In this document: piece after piece, positions 52,157-60,885 of the stretch
Layout of the letters: each line of letters opens with the position of its first letter
How positions within the stretch are numbered: position 1 is the first letter of the stretch
From: a virus
Virus record (IMG/VR): IMGVR_UViG_3300023109_001684
DNA: 64,000 nt
Direction: 5' to 3' (one strand)
Notes under the pieces: generated by a model
What the model was told of the DNA's origin: nothing
Seen by the model: only the letters and a program-made list of their open reading frames with translations
Databases searched by the model: none
Position numbers and translations under genes: made by a program

Positions 52157-53112
52157 TTATAGTTAAAAGTGGAAATACTATAGAACAATGTCATCACTCT
52201 GTAATAAAAACGCAAGGCAATAACTTTGAAGGCTGGAAATGCTATTCGGGATTTGACTTTTTATGGATTAACAGACAAGGCGATGTATATGGTAATGTAT
52301 GCAAGCAGAGTGGAAAGTATGGCAATTTGTTTAACAACGTAACGTTGCCATCGGAACCTATTATATGTCCTGTTAAAAGTTGCTATTGTGCAAGTGATAT
52401 CGAAATTCCAAAAACAAAAGACACTGCGTTATCGATAATGGATAAGAATGTTCCGATAGTAGAATCTATAGGAGATTTAGACGAAGTAATCGGCATCGAA
52501 AAAATTGGCGATAATGCACTATTTTCTATCAATTGGAATATAGGAAAACGATGTAATTATGATTGTTCGTATTGTCCTAGTACAGTTCACGACAATCATA
52601 GTCCTCATTTGTTGTTCGAGGAATTTAAAAAAGGATTTGATATAATTTACTCGCAAATTAAATTACCGAGGATTAAAGTTACATTTACAGGCGGAGAACC
52701 TACAATAAATCCTGAGTATAATGAAATTGTTTCCTATTGTCGAAATAAAGGGAACGTAACAGTACATACTAATACAAACGGAACTGCTAATAAGAACAAA
52801 CTATTATGGTTAACAGAACAAGGAGGAACTCATATTAGTGTACACCAAGAGTTTACTGACCTTAACAAATTATTTGATAAATTAATGTATATAGCAAATA
52901 ACAAAAAGGAAGGAGTGTGTATTTTAAAAATGATGCTTCTACCTAACTCTCCGAAGTCTGCTATCGACTTTGTGTCTAAAGTTAAAGAAATAAACACAGA
53001 CAATTTCTATATTAATATAGAACCTCTTGTAGACAAGGCAAACAATAATAAGATGTATAATTATACAGAACAAGAGTTAAAGTTTATAAGGACTAAAGAA
53101 TGGACAATATAG
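52153..53112 (+). CDS. Radical SAM protein with N-terminal Cys-rich auxiliary domain
   Basis: CNYDCSYC, FTGGEP; N-terminal WKC..C..PIIC...CYC..D. Start set to ATG 52153 (ATGA overlap) rather than GTG 52141. Confidence 0.88.
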   Translation: MIIVKSGNTIEQCHHSVIKTQGNNFEGWKCYSGFDFLWINRQGDVYGNVCKQSGKYGNLFNNVTLPSEPIICPVKSCYCASDIEIPKTKDTALSIMDKNVPIVESIGDLDEVIGIEKIGDNALFSINWNIGKRCNYDCSYCPSTVHDNHSPHLLFEEFKKGFDIIYSQIKLPRIKVTFTGGEPTINPEYNEIVSYCRNKGNVTVHTNTNGTANKNKLLWLTEQGGTHISVHQEFTDLNKLFDKLMYIANNKKEGVCILKMMLLPNSPKSAIDFVSKVKEINTDNFYINIEPLVDKANNNKMYNYTEQELKFIRTKEWTI

Positions 53113-53711
53113 TCGCAACTGTAGGAACAAGACCTAAAGATACTTATTATGTTCACTGGAATTTAGGCAAACGCTGTAATTTTGATTGCGTTTATTGTCC
53201 TGATAGTTTACATGATATGTCTAGCCCGCATCGTAGTCTCGAAAGTCTTATAGATATTTCTCAAAAAATTGAAAACAACATATCGCATCCTTATATTCGA
53301 GTTTGGTTCACTGGCGGCGAGCCTACAGTAAATCCTGCATTTTTAGACTTTTGTAGATATCTAAATACTAGACCAAGATTTAAATTGGGACTTAATTCTA
53401 ATGCTACTAGAACAACGGATTATTATTTAGAACTTTCGGACTATGTTGGAAGTTTACAGTTTTCTAGTCATTTTGATTATTGTAAAGACGAGGAGTTTAA
53501 AGAAAAGGCTCTTGCAGTACATAATAAAATTGGAAACAGATTTAGTATTAATTTAATGATGGAGCCTGAACACTGGGATAGAGCAACTAGTATGGTAGAC
53601 TTCTGTAAAGAACACGAAATATTACATCATATGAAACGTATTAGACCAAAAGGAACTGCGTATATTCCTCCTTATAAACAAGAACAGATAGAGTATATTT
53701 TACGATCATGA
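53100..53711 (+). CDS. Radical SAM protein (core only)
   Basis: WNLGKRCNFDCVYC, FTGGEP; paralog of the core of the upstream gene. Confidence 0.88.
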   Translation: MDNIVATVGTRPKDTYYVHWNLGKRCNFDCVYCPDSLHDMSSPHRSLESLIDISQKIENNISHPYIRVWFTGGEPTVNPAFLDFCRYLNTRPRFKLGLNSNATRTTDYYLELSDYVGSLQFSSHFDYCKDEEFKEKALAVHNKIGNRFSINLMMEPEHWDRATSMVDFCKEHEILHHMKRIRPKGTAYIPPYKQEQIEYILRS

Positions 53712-54013
53712 AAGACATTATTGCATATACAGAAACAGCGTCAGAAGAAATGTACGCTAACGAGCTAGTAAAAGCAGAAAAAACAGATTTCTACGGCTGG
53801 CTTTGTCATGTAGGACTAGAAGGAATTGATATTAAGCAAGATGGAACAATTATAAGAGGTACTTGTCGAGTCGGCGGAGTTATAGGACACGTAGACGACG
53901 AAGTTTGGAACCTACCAACTGAGCCTATAGTTTGCGACAAACGTGCTTGTAACTGTGTTGCTGATCTTAAAAATACAAGATATAAAGATGAAGATTCTAA
54001 ACCTAACATTTGA
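53708..54013 (+). CDS. Stand-alone SPASM/twitch-like Cys-rich Fe-S domain protein
   Basis: WLC.VG....I.QDG.I.RGTC..GG..G...LP.EPIVC..RACNC.AD; homologous to the N-terminus of the 52153 gene. Confidence 0.7.
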   Translation: MKDIIAYTETASEEMYANELVKAEKTDFYGWLCHVGLEGIDIKQDGTIIRGTCRVGGVIGHVDDEVWNLPTEPIVCDKRACNCVADLKNTRYKDEDSKPNI

Positions 54014-54821
54014 AAGACACACAGTTAGTATTATTTTAAACGACAACAACTTTGTTACTTGTTGGACAACCCAACTTGAAAAGTGTTTAGACAATAGTTT
54101 GTATGCATACGAAGTTACATTAAATGGATTTAATCAAGGTAGTGAATTTAAAAATTTAAGAAAAACACTTCAAGATCTTAATAAATTTAAGCAAGGAACT
54201 GTTCCTGCATCGTTTACTAATAAGTTTGAATTTACAATGCAAGAATTAAGTGATCTTCATTTCATATACGAAAGTATTGCAACAGATGAAACATACCTAG
54301 AAGTAAAAAAGTTAGTTGACCAGTTTAACGATAATATACATCATGCTGAAGAAGTTGCGATTAAGAATCAATCAGCATCACCTAGATTAAGATTTAGAAT
54401 AGTAGATCCTATTACTGGAGTTCCAAATGTGGAAAAACTTCCACTCGAGTATGACGACTATAAGTTGTACGATCCTTATATTAGACCTTATACTGTTTAT
54501 TTAAATTACAATGCATTGGGTGAAGATTTCTTAAAAACATATAAAAGTGGCAGAACTCCTGATACAGCAGTAGTTTTAGAAAAGTTTAGCCCTAGTTTCT
54601 TTTTTACACTGCAAGCAGATTATATAGATAAGCAGCATACAGAAATTGAAAACTGTAAAAAGTGGCTAAACGATAGTAACATAGACATTAATAAATCTAA
54701 AAATGCAATAGGTCATATTCCTCTAGGGACAGTGCATAAAGTGTATGCTGAAGATTTTTTAAAAGTTATTTTACAAAGAAAATTAACAAAGGTGGAACTA
54801 ATAGATGTTGAAAGAAATTAA
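53988..54821 (+). CDS. Hypothetical protein, His/Glu-motif family (copy 2)
   Basis: LSDLHFIYE, FNDNIHHAE, VYLNYNALGE, KNAIGHIP. Start set to ATG 53988. Confidence 0.65.
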   Translation: MKILNLTFERHTVSIILNDNNFVTCWTTQLEKCLDNSLYAYEVTLNGFNQGSEFKNLRKTLQDLNKFKQGTVPASFTNKFEFTMQELSDLHFIYESIATDETYLEVKKLVDQFNDNIHHAEEVAIKNQSASPRLRFRIVDPITGVPNVEKLPLEYDDYKLYDPYIRPYTVYLNYNALGEDFLKTYKSGRTPDTAVVLEKFSPSFFFTLQADYIDKQHTEIENCKKWLNDSNIDINKSKNAIGHIPLGTVHKVYAEDFLKVILQRKLTKVELIDVERN

Positions 54822-55455
54822 AACACTTGATCTGTGTGGTGTTGAATTAAACATATATAAAGGACCTAATGCTATTAGTGTCAGCGGCGGAGCAGACAGT
54901 GCAGTATTATTGTACTTCCTATTAAAACATTCAACTGACAGATTGCATATTTTTACACTTGCAGATGGAACAAAAAACATTACAGGCGCAAAAGCAGCAA
55001 TGAATGTAGTGTACGAATGTGCAAGATTAACAGGCAATTACAACTTTGAACATCATATTGACTACTCGCCTGATTATATTGATACATATGTAGAACGCTT
55101 ACCGTTTGAATATTTAGATAAAAACGAATTTAATGTTCTATATGCAGGTATTACCAATGTTCCGCCTGTAGAAGAACGTAATGAGTTCTACGGCAACTTT
55201 TACGAAGATACGAGAAACCCTGAAGAAGTTAGAGAAGTTTTTAGATATAACTTCAGTTATATACCTTGGACTAATTACGATAAGAAAAAGATTGCAGAAA
55301 TTTATAGAGAATACGAATTACTAGATAATCTTTTTCCAGTTACAAGAAGTTGTGAATGGAACGAATTTGTTAGTAGCAAAGATCCTGGAATGGACCACTG
55401 CGGTGAGTGCTGGTGGTGCAACGAAAGACAATGGGCATTTGGGAGATTAAAATGA
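54805..55455 (+). CDS. QueC-like PP-loop ATP pyrophosphatase (7-cyano-7-deazaguanine synthase-like)
   Basis: SVSGGADS PP-loop; C-terminal TRSC...HCGECWWCNER zinc motif. Confidence 0.75.
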   Translation: MLKEIKTLDLCGVELNIYKGPNAISVSGGADSAVLLYFLLKHSTDRLHIFTLADGTKNITGAKAAMNVVYECARLTGNYNFEHHIDYSPDYIDTYVERLPFEYLDKNEFNVLYAGITNVPPVEERNEFYGNFYEDTRNPEEVREVFRYNFSYIPWTNYDKKKIAEIYREYELLDNLFPVTRSCEWNEFVSSKDPGMDHCGECWWCNERQWAFGRLK

Positions 55456-56552
55456 TTGGTATTTATAATGATCTACCGGAGCATTTACACATAGAGCCGA
55501 GTAAACGATGCAATGCGGCATGTCCTCAGTGTCCTCGAACAATCGGAGCATCTTTAAAAGCATATCCTAACTTACCACAAACTGAACTAACAGCAGATGG
55601 TATAACAAATATATTATCTGACGACTTTTTTAAAAAAATAAGAAAAGTTCTAATAAACGGTAACTATGGTGATATTGTAATGCATAGTAACCCTAAAGAT
55701 TTTATTCAAGTATTCTTAGACAAAGGATTTCGAGAAATACAAATTAATACAAATGCCGGCGGGTTAGCGACAGAGTTTTGGAGCTGGTTAGGAGCCCAAC
55801 CTAACATTATTGTAGAATTTGCACTAGACGGTTTAGAAGATACACATCACTTGTACAGAAGAAATACAAGATTTGATACAGTTATTAAAAATGCATCTGC
55901 TTATATAAAAGCAGGTGGATATGCTCGCTGGATAATGAATGTGTTTGGAAATAATGAACATCAGATTGATGCGTGTAAGCAAATGAGTAAAGATTTAGGA
56001 TTTGCTGAATTTTACAGTGATGATAGTGTTCGGTTTCATAAAGCATATGATTCTTTAGTTGATAAGAACTTTAACGAAGTAGATCGATTATACCCTACTG
56101 AATATGTAAAAAATAATAAAAAATTACAAGCTGAAGATAGATCTAAAGAATGGTACAACAAAATATATAATTATGTAAGTCAGCCATTTGATTTATTAGA
56201 TAAAAGTAGATCAGAACCGCATACTAATGGTCCTGTTGTTGTAGAATGTAAAGTAAAGCAAGGATTAGAAAGTGTATACATAAGTGCAGACGGTCGATTA
56301 TGGCCATGCTGTTGGATGGAAATAGACTATAACAAAAAAGTGTTAGATAACGGATACAGCAGCTTTGTAGATTTATTTTTTAAAACTTTAAATAAGAATA
56401 CAGACTTTAATTTATTACACAAACACACCGGTACGGAAATTGTAAACGCAGGATTATTAACGACAATTGAAAAATCTTGGTCTACTAAATGTATAGATAT
56501 ATGTAAGAGAACATGTGCAAATAAAGAACTTAGAGAAGATCATACACGATGA
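55452..56552 (+). CDS. Radical SAM protein with C-terminal SPASM/twitch-like domain
   Basis: CNAACPQC, GNYGD, ALDGLEDTHHLYRR, YISADGRLWPCC..CKRTC; paralog of 43507. Start set to ATG 55452 (ATGA overlap, GGGAG RBS). Confidence 0.9.
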   Translation: MIGIYNDLPEHLHIEPSKRCNAACPQCPRTIGASLKAYPNLPQTELTADGITNILSDDFFKKIRKVLINGNYGDIVMHSNPKDFIQVFLDKGFREIQINTNAGGLATEFWSWLGAQPNIIVEFALDGLEDTHHLYRRNTRFDTVIKNASAYIKAGGYARWIMNVFGNNEHQIDACKQMSKDLGFAEFYSDDSVRFHKAYDSLVDKNFNEVDRLYPTEYVKNNKKLQAEDRSKEWYNKIYNYVSQPFDLLDKSRSEPHTNGPVVVECKVKQGLESVYISADGRLWPCCWMEIDYNKKVLDNGYSSFVDLFFKTLNKNTDFNLLHKHTGTEIVNAGLLTTIEKSWSTKCIDICKRTCANKELREDHTR

Positions 56553-57448
56553 AATTTTGTATAATATTTACTAATAATGACAATGAGGAGTATACTTTGA
56601 AATATAAAGTATACAATACACCTATTGCTGTTAAATGGTACGAGTCGTTGTGTAAGCAAGTCCTAAACAAAGATAATAAAGTAAAAGAATCCGACAGGCT
56701 CTATAATTTTCCAGACGATGAGTGGAACGAAGAAAAAATAGTTTCAGAGTTAAATAAGTGCATCGAGACTATAAATTCTAAAACTAAAGTTATAATGCAT
56801 ACTGCATTTGTCGGAATGCCTCAAGAACAGCTAAATCATTTGCATCATTACTTCGAAGAGTTAAGAGGTGCTTCTAAAAATTCGGCAGACTATTACTTAA
56901 ATGCATCACCTAACGAACGTCTTGCTCTTGAAAGATATAATGTTATTATACATCGAGCAGAAAACTTTTATTTAGAAAACACAATTAATACATCAAAAGT
57001 ATCTCCTAGAATTGTAGTAACTTTTAAGGGAAGGAAAAAAGAATTGCTAGCAGATAACGATTATGAATACTTTACTTTACATAGAAAATTTGGAGAAGTA
57101 TATATCAATTATTGCGAAGTAGGAAAACCGTTGTATGATGTATATAAAGATAATGATGATATTGTTGGGGAAGATAATATACGTCCGTTAAAATGGTACA
57201 GTCCTGATTTTACAGCTTATTTTTTTAATCGACCTATAGAAACAGTTGAAAACTTTTTACAAGGCATGGATCTATGGTGGGATCAAAATAATAATTATTT
57301 AACTGCATTAGGGTTTACAAAGGGAGATCCGAAAAATGCAATTGGAAATATTCCGGTTGCCATGTTAGAAAGTTCTCTAACTTCTAAAGAAATAGTACTA
57401 GCAATATCTGAATACAATAATATAGATAGGGTTGAAATTTATGACTGA
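56549..57448 (+). CDS. Hypothetical protein, His/Glu-motif family (copy 3)
   Basis: LNHLHHYFEE, YNVIIHRAE, VYINYCEVGK, KNAIGNIP. Confidence 0.65.
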   Translation: MKFCIIFTNNDNEEYTLKYKVYNTPIAVKWYESLCKQVLNKDNKVKESDRLYNFPDDEWNEEKIVSELNKCIETINSKTKVIMHTAFVGMPQEQLNHLHHYFEELRGASKNSADYYLNASPNERLALERYNVIIHRAENFYLENTINTSKVSPRIVVTFKGRKKELLADNDYEYFTLHRKFGEVYINYCEVGKPLYDVYKDNDDIVGEDNIRPLKWYSPDFTAYFFNRPIETVENFLQGMDLWWDQNNNYLTALGFTKGDPKNAIGNIPVAMLESSLTSKEIVLAISEYNNIDRVEIYD

Positions 57449-58190
57449 ACAAGAAATTAAAGAAATGTTTTTCTTTAACGACAATTGGAAAAACATAGGA
57501 GTTAAATTATCAGGAGGCGCAGATAGTGCAATTATGTATTATGCTATTTGTGATCATTATAAAGATAGAGACGATGTAAACATATATCCAATGTCTCTTG
57601 ATACTAAATTTAAACCTTGGTATAGTAAAGGTGCAAAACGTATTATAGCTAAAGTTACAGAACTAACAGGAAAAAGTCCACAAGAACATATTGTTAAGTA
57701 TTCTAAAAAACACACTAATCGTCAAACAGCAGATTGGTATATAAAAGAGCAAAAAAATCTAATAATAGAAAGTCATATAAAGTTTAATTTTGATGCAGTG
57801 TACAATGGATTAACTAGTAATCCTGTTGAAGAAGATTTTTTAGAATCTATAAGACAATATTATCCAGACGATAAATTATTTGAGTTGACTAAGAAGCATA
57901 TCGTAAAAAGAGACTTTGATAGAGACTTAGGAAAAAACAAATATGGACAAAATGTAATTGATACAGGACATTTTATCAATATTAGACCGTTTGTACACAA
58001 AGATAAAAAGCTTACTGCTGAAGTTTATAAATATTACAATAGACTAGACGACTTATATCCTTTAAGCTATAGTTGCGAAACTAGATGGCAAGAACATAAA
58101 TTAGAGCAAAAACATTCGCACGAATGGAAACATTGTGGTTATTGTTTCTTTTGTGCAGAACGTATATACGCATTTGGAAAATTAGAATGA
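57441..58190 (+). CDS. QueC-like PP-loop ATP pyrophosphatase (second copy)
   Basis: KLSGGADS; SYSCE...HCGYCFFCAER..AFGKL. Start set to ATG 57441. Confidence 0.75.
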   Translation: MTEQEIKEMFFFNDNWKNIGVKLSGGADSAIMYYAICDHYKDRDDVNIYPMSLDTKFKPWYSKGAKRIIAKVTELTGKSPQEHIVKYSKKHTNRQTADWYIKEQKNLIIESHIKFNFDAVYNGLTSNPVEEDFLESIRQYYPDDKLFELTKKHIVKRDFDRDLGKNKYGQNVIDTGHFINIRPFVHKDKKLTAEVYKYYNRLDDLYPLSYSCETRWQEHKLEQKHSHEWKHCGYCFFCAERIYAFGKLE

Positions 58191-58756
58191 ATTTTGAAAA
58201 ATTAAATCTTCCGAACTATGATATAAAAAGCATATTAGATAATATGCTTGAAGATAAAGTTGTGCATTGGACAGATTTAAATCAAATTTGTATCAATACT
58301 GTAAAAGGCGAGGAAGATAATTTTTTATATGGAGCAGGAAGTTTGTTTTATGATTGGTCCAATGGTGAAGAAGTTTATGACGAAAAAGGTCATATGCGCC
58401 ATATACCTGCTAAAAGAGAAACACCGTTAAAAGAAGCAGACTTTACAAATTTGTGTAACGTATTTAAAAATACTGTGTTTGAAGATCTTTACAATGTATT
58501 AAAAGAAAATTATAATGTAGGCAGAGTTAGACTAATGAAAAGCCCACCTAAGACTTGTTTAAGTTGGCACGTGGATGATACTAAACGCATACACTATCCT
58601 ATTAAAACACAAGAAGGTTGTTTTATGATCATTGAAGAAGAAATAAAACATCTTCCGCAGCATACTTGGTGGCTTACTAATACTTTAGTAAAGCATACTG
58701 CAATGAATGCTAGTCTCGAAGATCGCGTACACCTAGTAGCCACATTACTCAAATAA
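58187..58756 (+). CDS. 2OG-Fe(II) oxygenase, aspartyl/asparaginyl beta-hydroxylase-like
   Basis: RVRLM..P.TCLSWHVD..RIHYPI.T...KHTAMN.S.EDRVHLV. Start set to ATG 58187 (ATGA overlap). Confidence 0.75.
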   Translation: MNFEKLNLPNYDIKSILDNMLEDKVVHWTDLNQICINTVKGEEDNFLYGAGSLFYDWSNGEEVYDEKGHMRHIPAKRETPLKEADFTNLCNVFKNTVFEDLYNVLKENYNVGRVRLMKSPPKTCLSWHVDDTKRIHYPIKTQEGCFMIIEEEIKHLPQHTWWLTNTLVKHTAMNASLEDRVHLVATLLK

Positions 58757-58770
58757 CACACTTCTACACC

Positions 58771-58777
58771 ATAAATA
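58771..58777 (+). promoter_or_regulatory. Putative T4-late-like promoter box (ATAAATA)
   Basis: CATAAATA in the only intergenic gap of this part of the island. Confidence 0.4.
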
Positions 58778-58788
58778 TTGTCATAGCT

Positions 58789-59229
58789 ATGACATACGAT
58801 GAATTTAAACATAACTTTCTAACCTGGGCAATAGAATATATAGAGCCTGTGCAAGATAACGGATATCCAGTATGTCCGTTTGCTAAAACAGCCAGGTTGA
58901 AAAATGAAATACAATTTATCGATGCAACTCAAGACGTATTTAATGCTTGTGCAAAGTTTGACAACAAACAGTATAAACTAGGAGTAGCTTGGTTAAATGA
59001 TAATTTATTAAATGTTGATCAAGTAATAAAAGAATTAACAGCAAAAAATGACAATCTTCTGTACTTTAAAAGTACTACTAATAGCGGTCATTTTGTTAAA
59101 AACTTTACAAACTGTATTTTTATACAAGACAAAGGCGATATTAACAAAAAAAGAGCATACTTGCAGACTACAGATTATTATCAAAATTGGCCTGAGCACT
59201 ATTTGAAAGAGATAACCGAAAATGCCTAA
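58789..59229 (+). CDS. Hypothetical protein with CPFA motif
   Basis: 146 aa; PVCPFAK N-terminal motif, YYQNW C-terminal motif. Confidence 0.6.
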   Translation: MTYDEFKHNFLTWAIEYIEPVQDNGYPVCPFAKTARLKNEIQFIDATQDVFNACAKFDNKQYKLGVAWLNDNLLNVDQVIKELTAKNDNLLYFKSTTNSGHFVKNFTNCIFIQDKGDINKKRAYLQTTDYYQNWPEHYLKEITENA

Positions 59230-59851
59230 TGTAGAACAAATGTTTAGTATTCCAATTTACAAGAAAAATTTAGGAGACTTAAATCTTCAAAGTTTTCGAC
59301 AACGAGTATTAAAACTTATGGATGTAGAAGACTACGGCGATCATATAAGCGTAGTAGGTATGAAAGACGGTAATACAATTAATACATATGGAATTGAACG
59401 CCATATGCAAACTTGGGAAGAGTCTGATCTACTTGTAAAAGAAGTTAATACAGCCTTAGCCGAGTACTGGAAAGAACTAAACTATCATCCTGACCTTCAG
59501 CCGTACATACAAGAAATGTGGGCAACATTAAGTACACGGGGAGGATTTGTTCCTAGTCATTTTCATGGTCCGACACCTATTACAGCCGTGTTTTATCTAG
59601 ATAAAACAGATAACGCAGGCGATCTAACATTACAACATCCGTTAGAAGCACTACTAGGTTCGCAACCTGTAAACTTTCCGTTTGATGAGTTTGCACAAAC
59701 TATGAATGTGCAGCAAAACGATCTAATGATGTTTCCGGGATATATTAGACACTTTACAGAAAAAAATAAAACTGATAGTATAAGAATTAGTATAGGGATG
59801 AATATTGGTTCTAAAGGAACTTATGTATCGTCGCAATGGAGTCAAGTATGA
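59222..59851 (+). CDS. Putative 2OG-Fe(II) oxygenase (TIGR02466-like)
   Basis: MW..SHFH..AVFYL..G.L..FPGYIRH...RISIGMN pattern. Confidence 0.78.
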   Translation: MPNVEQMFSIPIYKKNLGDLNLQSFRQRVLKLMDVEDYGDHISVVGMKDGNTINTYGIERHMQTWEESDLLVKEVNTALAEYWKELNYHPDLQPYIQEMWATLSTRGGFVPSHFHGPTPITAVFYLDKTDNAGDLTLQHPLEALLGSQPVNFPFDEFAQTMNVQQNDLMMFPGYIRHFTEKNKTDSIRISIGMNIGSKGTYVSSQWSQV

Positions 59852-60885
59852 TTTGGACAGAATGGGGGAAATTAAAAGAAGTAGTAGTTGGAAAAGTTTA
59901 CGATCCTGACGAAGTAGAGTCTGACTTTCTTAAAAAAGTATTAGAAGAAACAGAAGAAGATTTTCAAGTATTAAATAAAATCTTCAAAGATGCCGGTGTC
60001 AAAGTACGTAGACCAGATAATGTTTCTTTGAATGAAATTAAAACTAATCAATGGGCAACTAAGTATCCATTGCCTGCAATATGTCCTCGAGACTTCCATA
60101 TAGTATACGGAAATAACATATTGTCAACGATAGGCGGCGATCCAAATCGATACCTTGAAAGTTTATTTTTCTACAATATTATGAACGAAAAGGCTAATGA
60201 AGGAAGAAACTTTATTAGTATGCCTAAACCGCTACTTCCGAATCATTATGCAAACTATGCCGATCATGATAATATGCCATTATATCATGCTGCAAATATT
60301 ATAAAGTGCGGCAACACATTAATCCATTCTAGGCCTCATGATACTCAAGAATATGCAGATCGGCCTATTAACCAAAAAGGTCGAGGTACTAACGCAGGAT
60401 TTAATTGGGTTAAGAAAAACATTGGTTACGATGTTAACTGGGCTGAAGTTCCTGCTGCTGGACATGTAGACGGAAAGATAGCTTTGTTAAAACCTGGATT
60501 ATTAATGATTCACGATGAAAGTCTTGTACCTAAAGAGATGCAAGATTGGGATAGAATAGTAGTTGACAAACACGAATTGCCCCAACATGTAAAAAATAGA
60601 ATTAGAAATGACTTTTACAACGAAGTTATAATGAAAGATATGCCGCACTGGGTAGGATTTGAATACTTACCTATGGAAACAATCTTTGATGTTAATGTAG
60701 TAAGTATTGACGAGAATACTGTAATAACAAACGGATATAACAAAGAAATCTTTAATAAATGTAAAAAATATGGTATTGAGTGCATACCTTTTGATTTCCG
60801 CCATAGATTTTTCTGGGACTGCGGAATACATTGTATAACATTAGATCTTGCTAGAGACGATAAGATGGAAAACTTTTTGTCATGA
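59848..60885 (+). CDS. Pentein-fold amidinotransferase-like protein (glycine/inosamine-phosphate amidinotransferase family)
   Basis: EWGKLKEVVVG, CPRD, PKP, HVDG, DVNVVSID, GIHCITLDLAR. Start set to ATG 59848 (ATGA overlap). Confidence 0.85.
   Translation: MIWTEWGKLKEVVVGKVYDPDEVESDFLKKVLEETEEDFQVLNKIFKDAGVKVRRPDNVSLNEIKTNQWATKYPLPAICPRDFHIVYGNNILSTIGGDPNRYLESLFFYNIMNEKANEGRNFISMPKPLLPNHYANYADHDNMPLYHAANIIKCGNTLIHSRPHDTQEYADRPINQKGRGTNAGFNWVKKNIGYDVNWAEVPAAGHVDGKIALLKPGLLMIHDESLVPKEMQDWDRIVVDKHELPQHVKNRIRNDFYNEVIMKDMPHWVGFEYLPMETIFDVNVVSIDENTVITNGYNKEIFNKCKKYGIECIPFDFRHRFFWDCGIHCITLDLARDDKMENFLS

Noticed and set aside
39571-56552. RiPP cluster with a precursor peptide
   Set aside because: SPASM-type rSAMs suggest it, but there is almost no intergenic space and no credible precursor, RRE domain, peptidase or exporter in the window.
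39571-56552. Naming rSAMs as moaA, pqqE, nrdG or similar
   Set aside because: Only generic CxxxCxxC/GGE motifs are visible and partner pathway genes are absent.
52153-58190. Complete 7-deazaguanine (preQ0/archaeosine) DNA modification pathway
   Set aside because: No FolE, QueD or DpdA seen; the rSAMs lack a convincing QueE signature; the amidinotransferases are pentein-fold, not ArcS, QueF-like or Gat-QueC.
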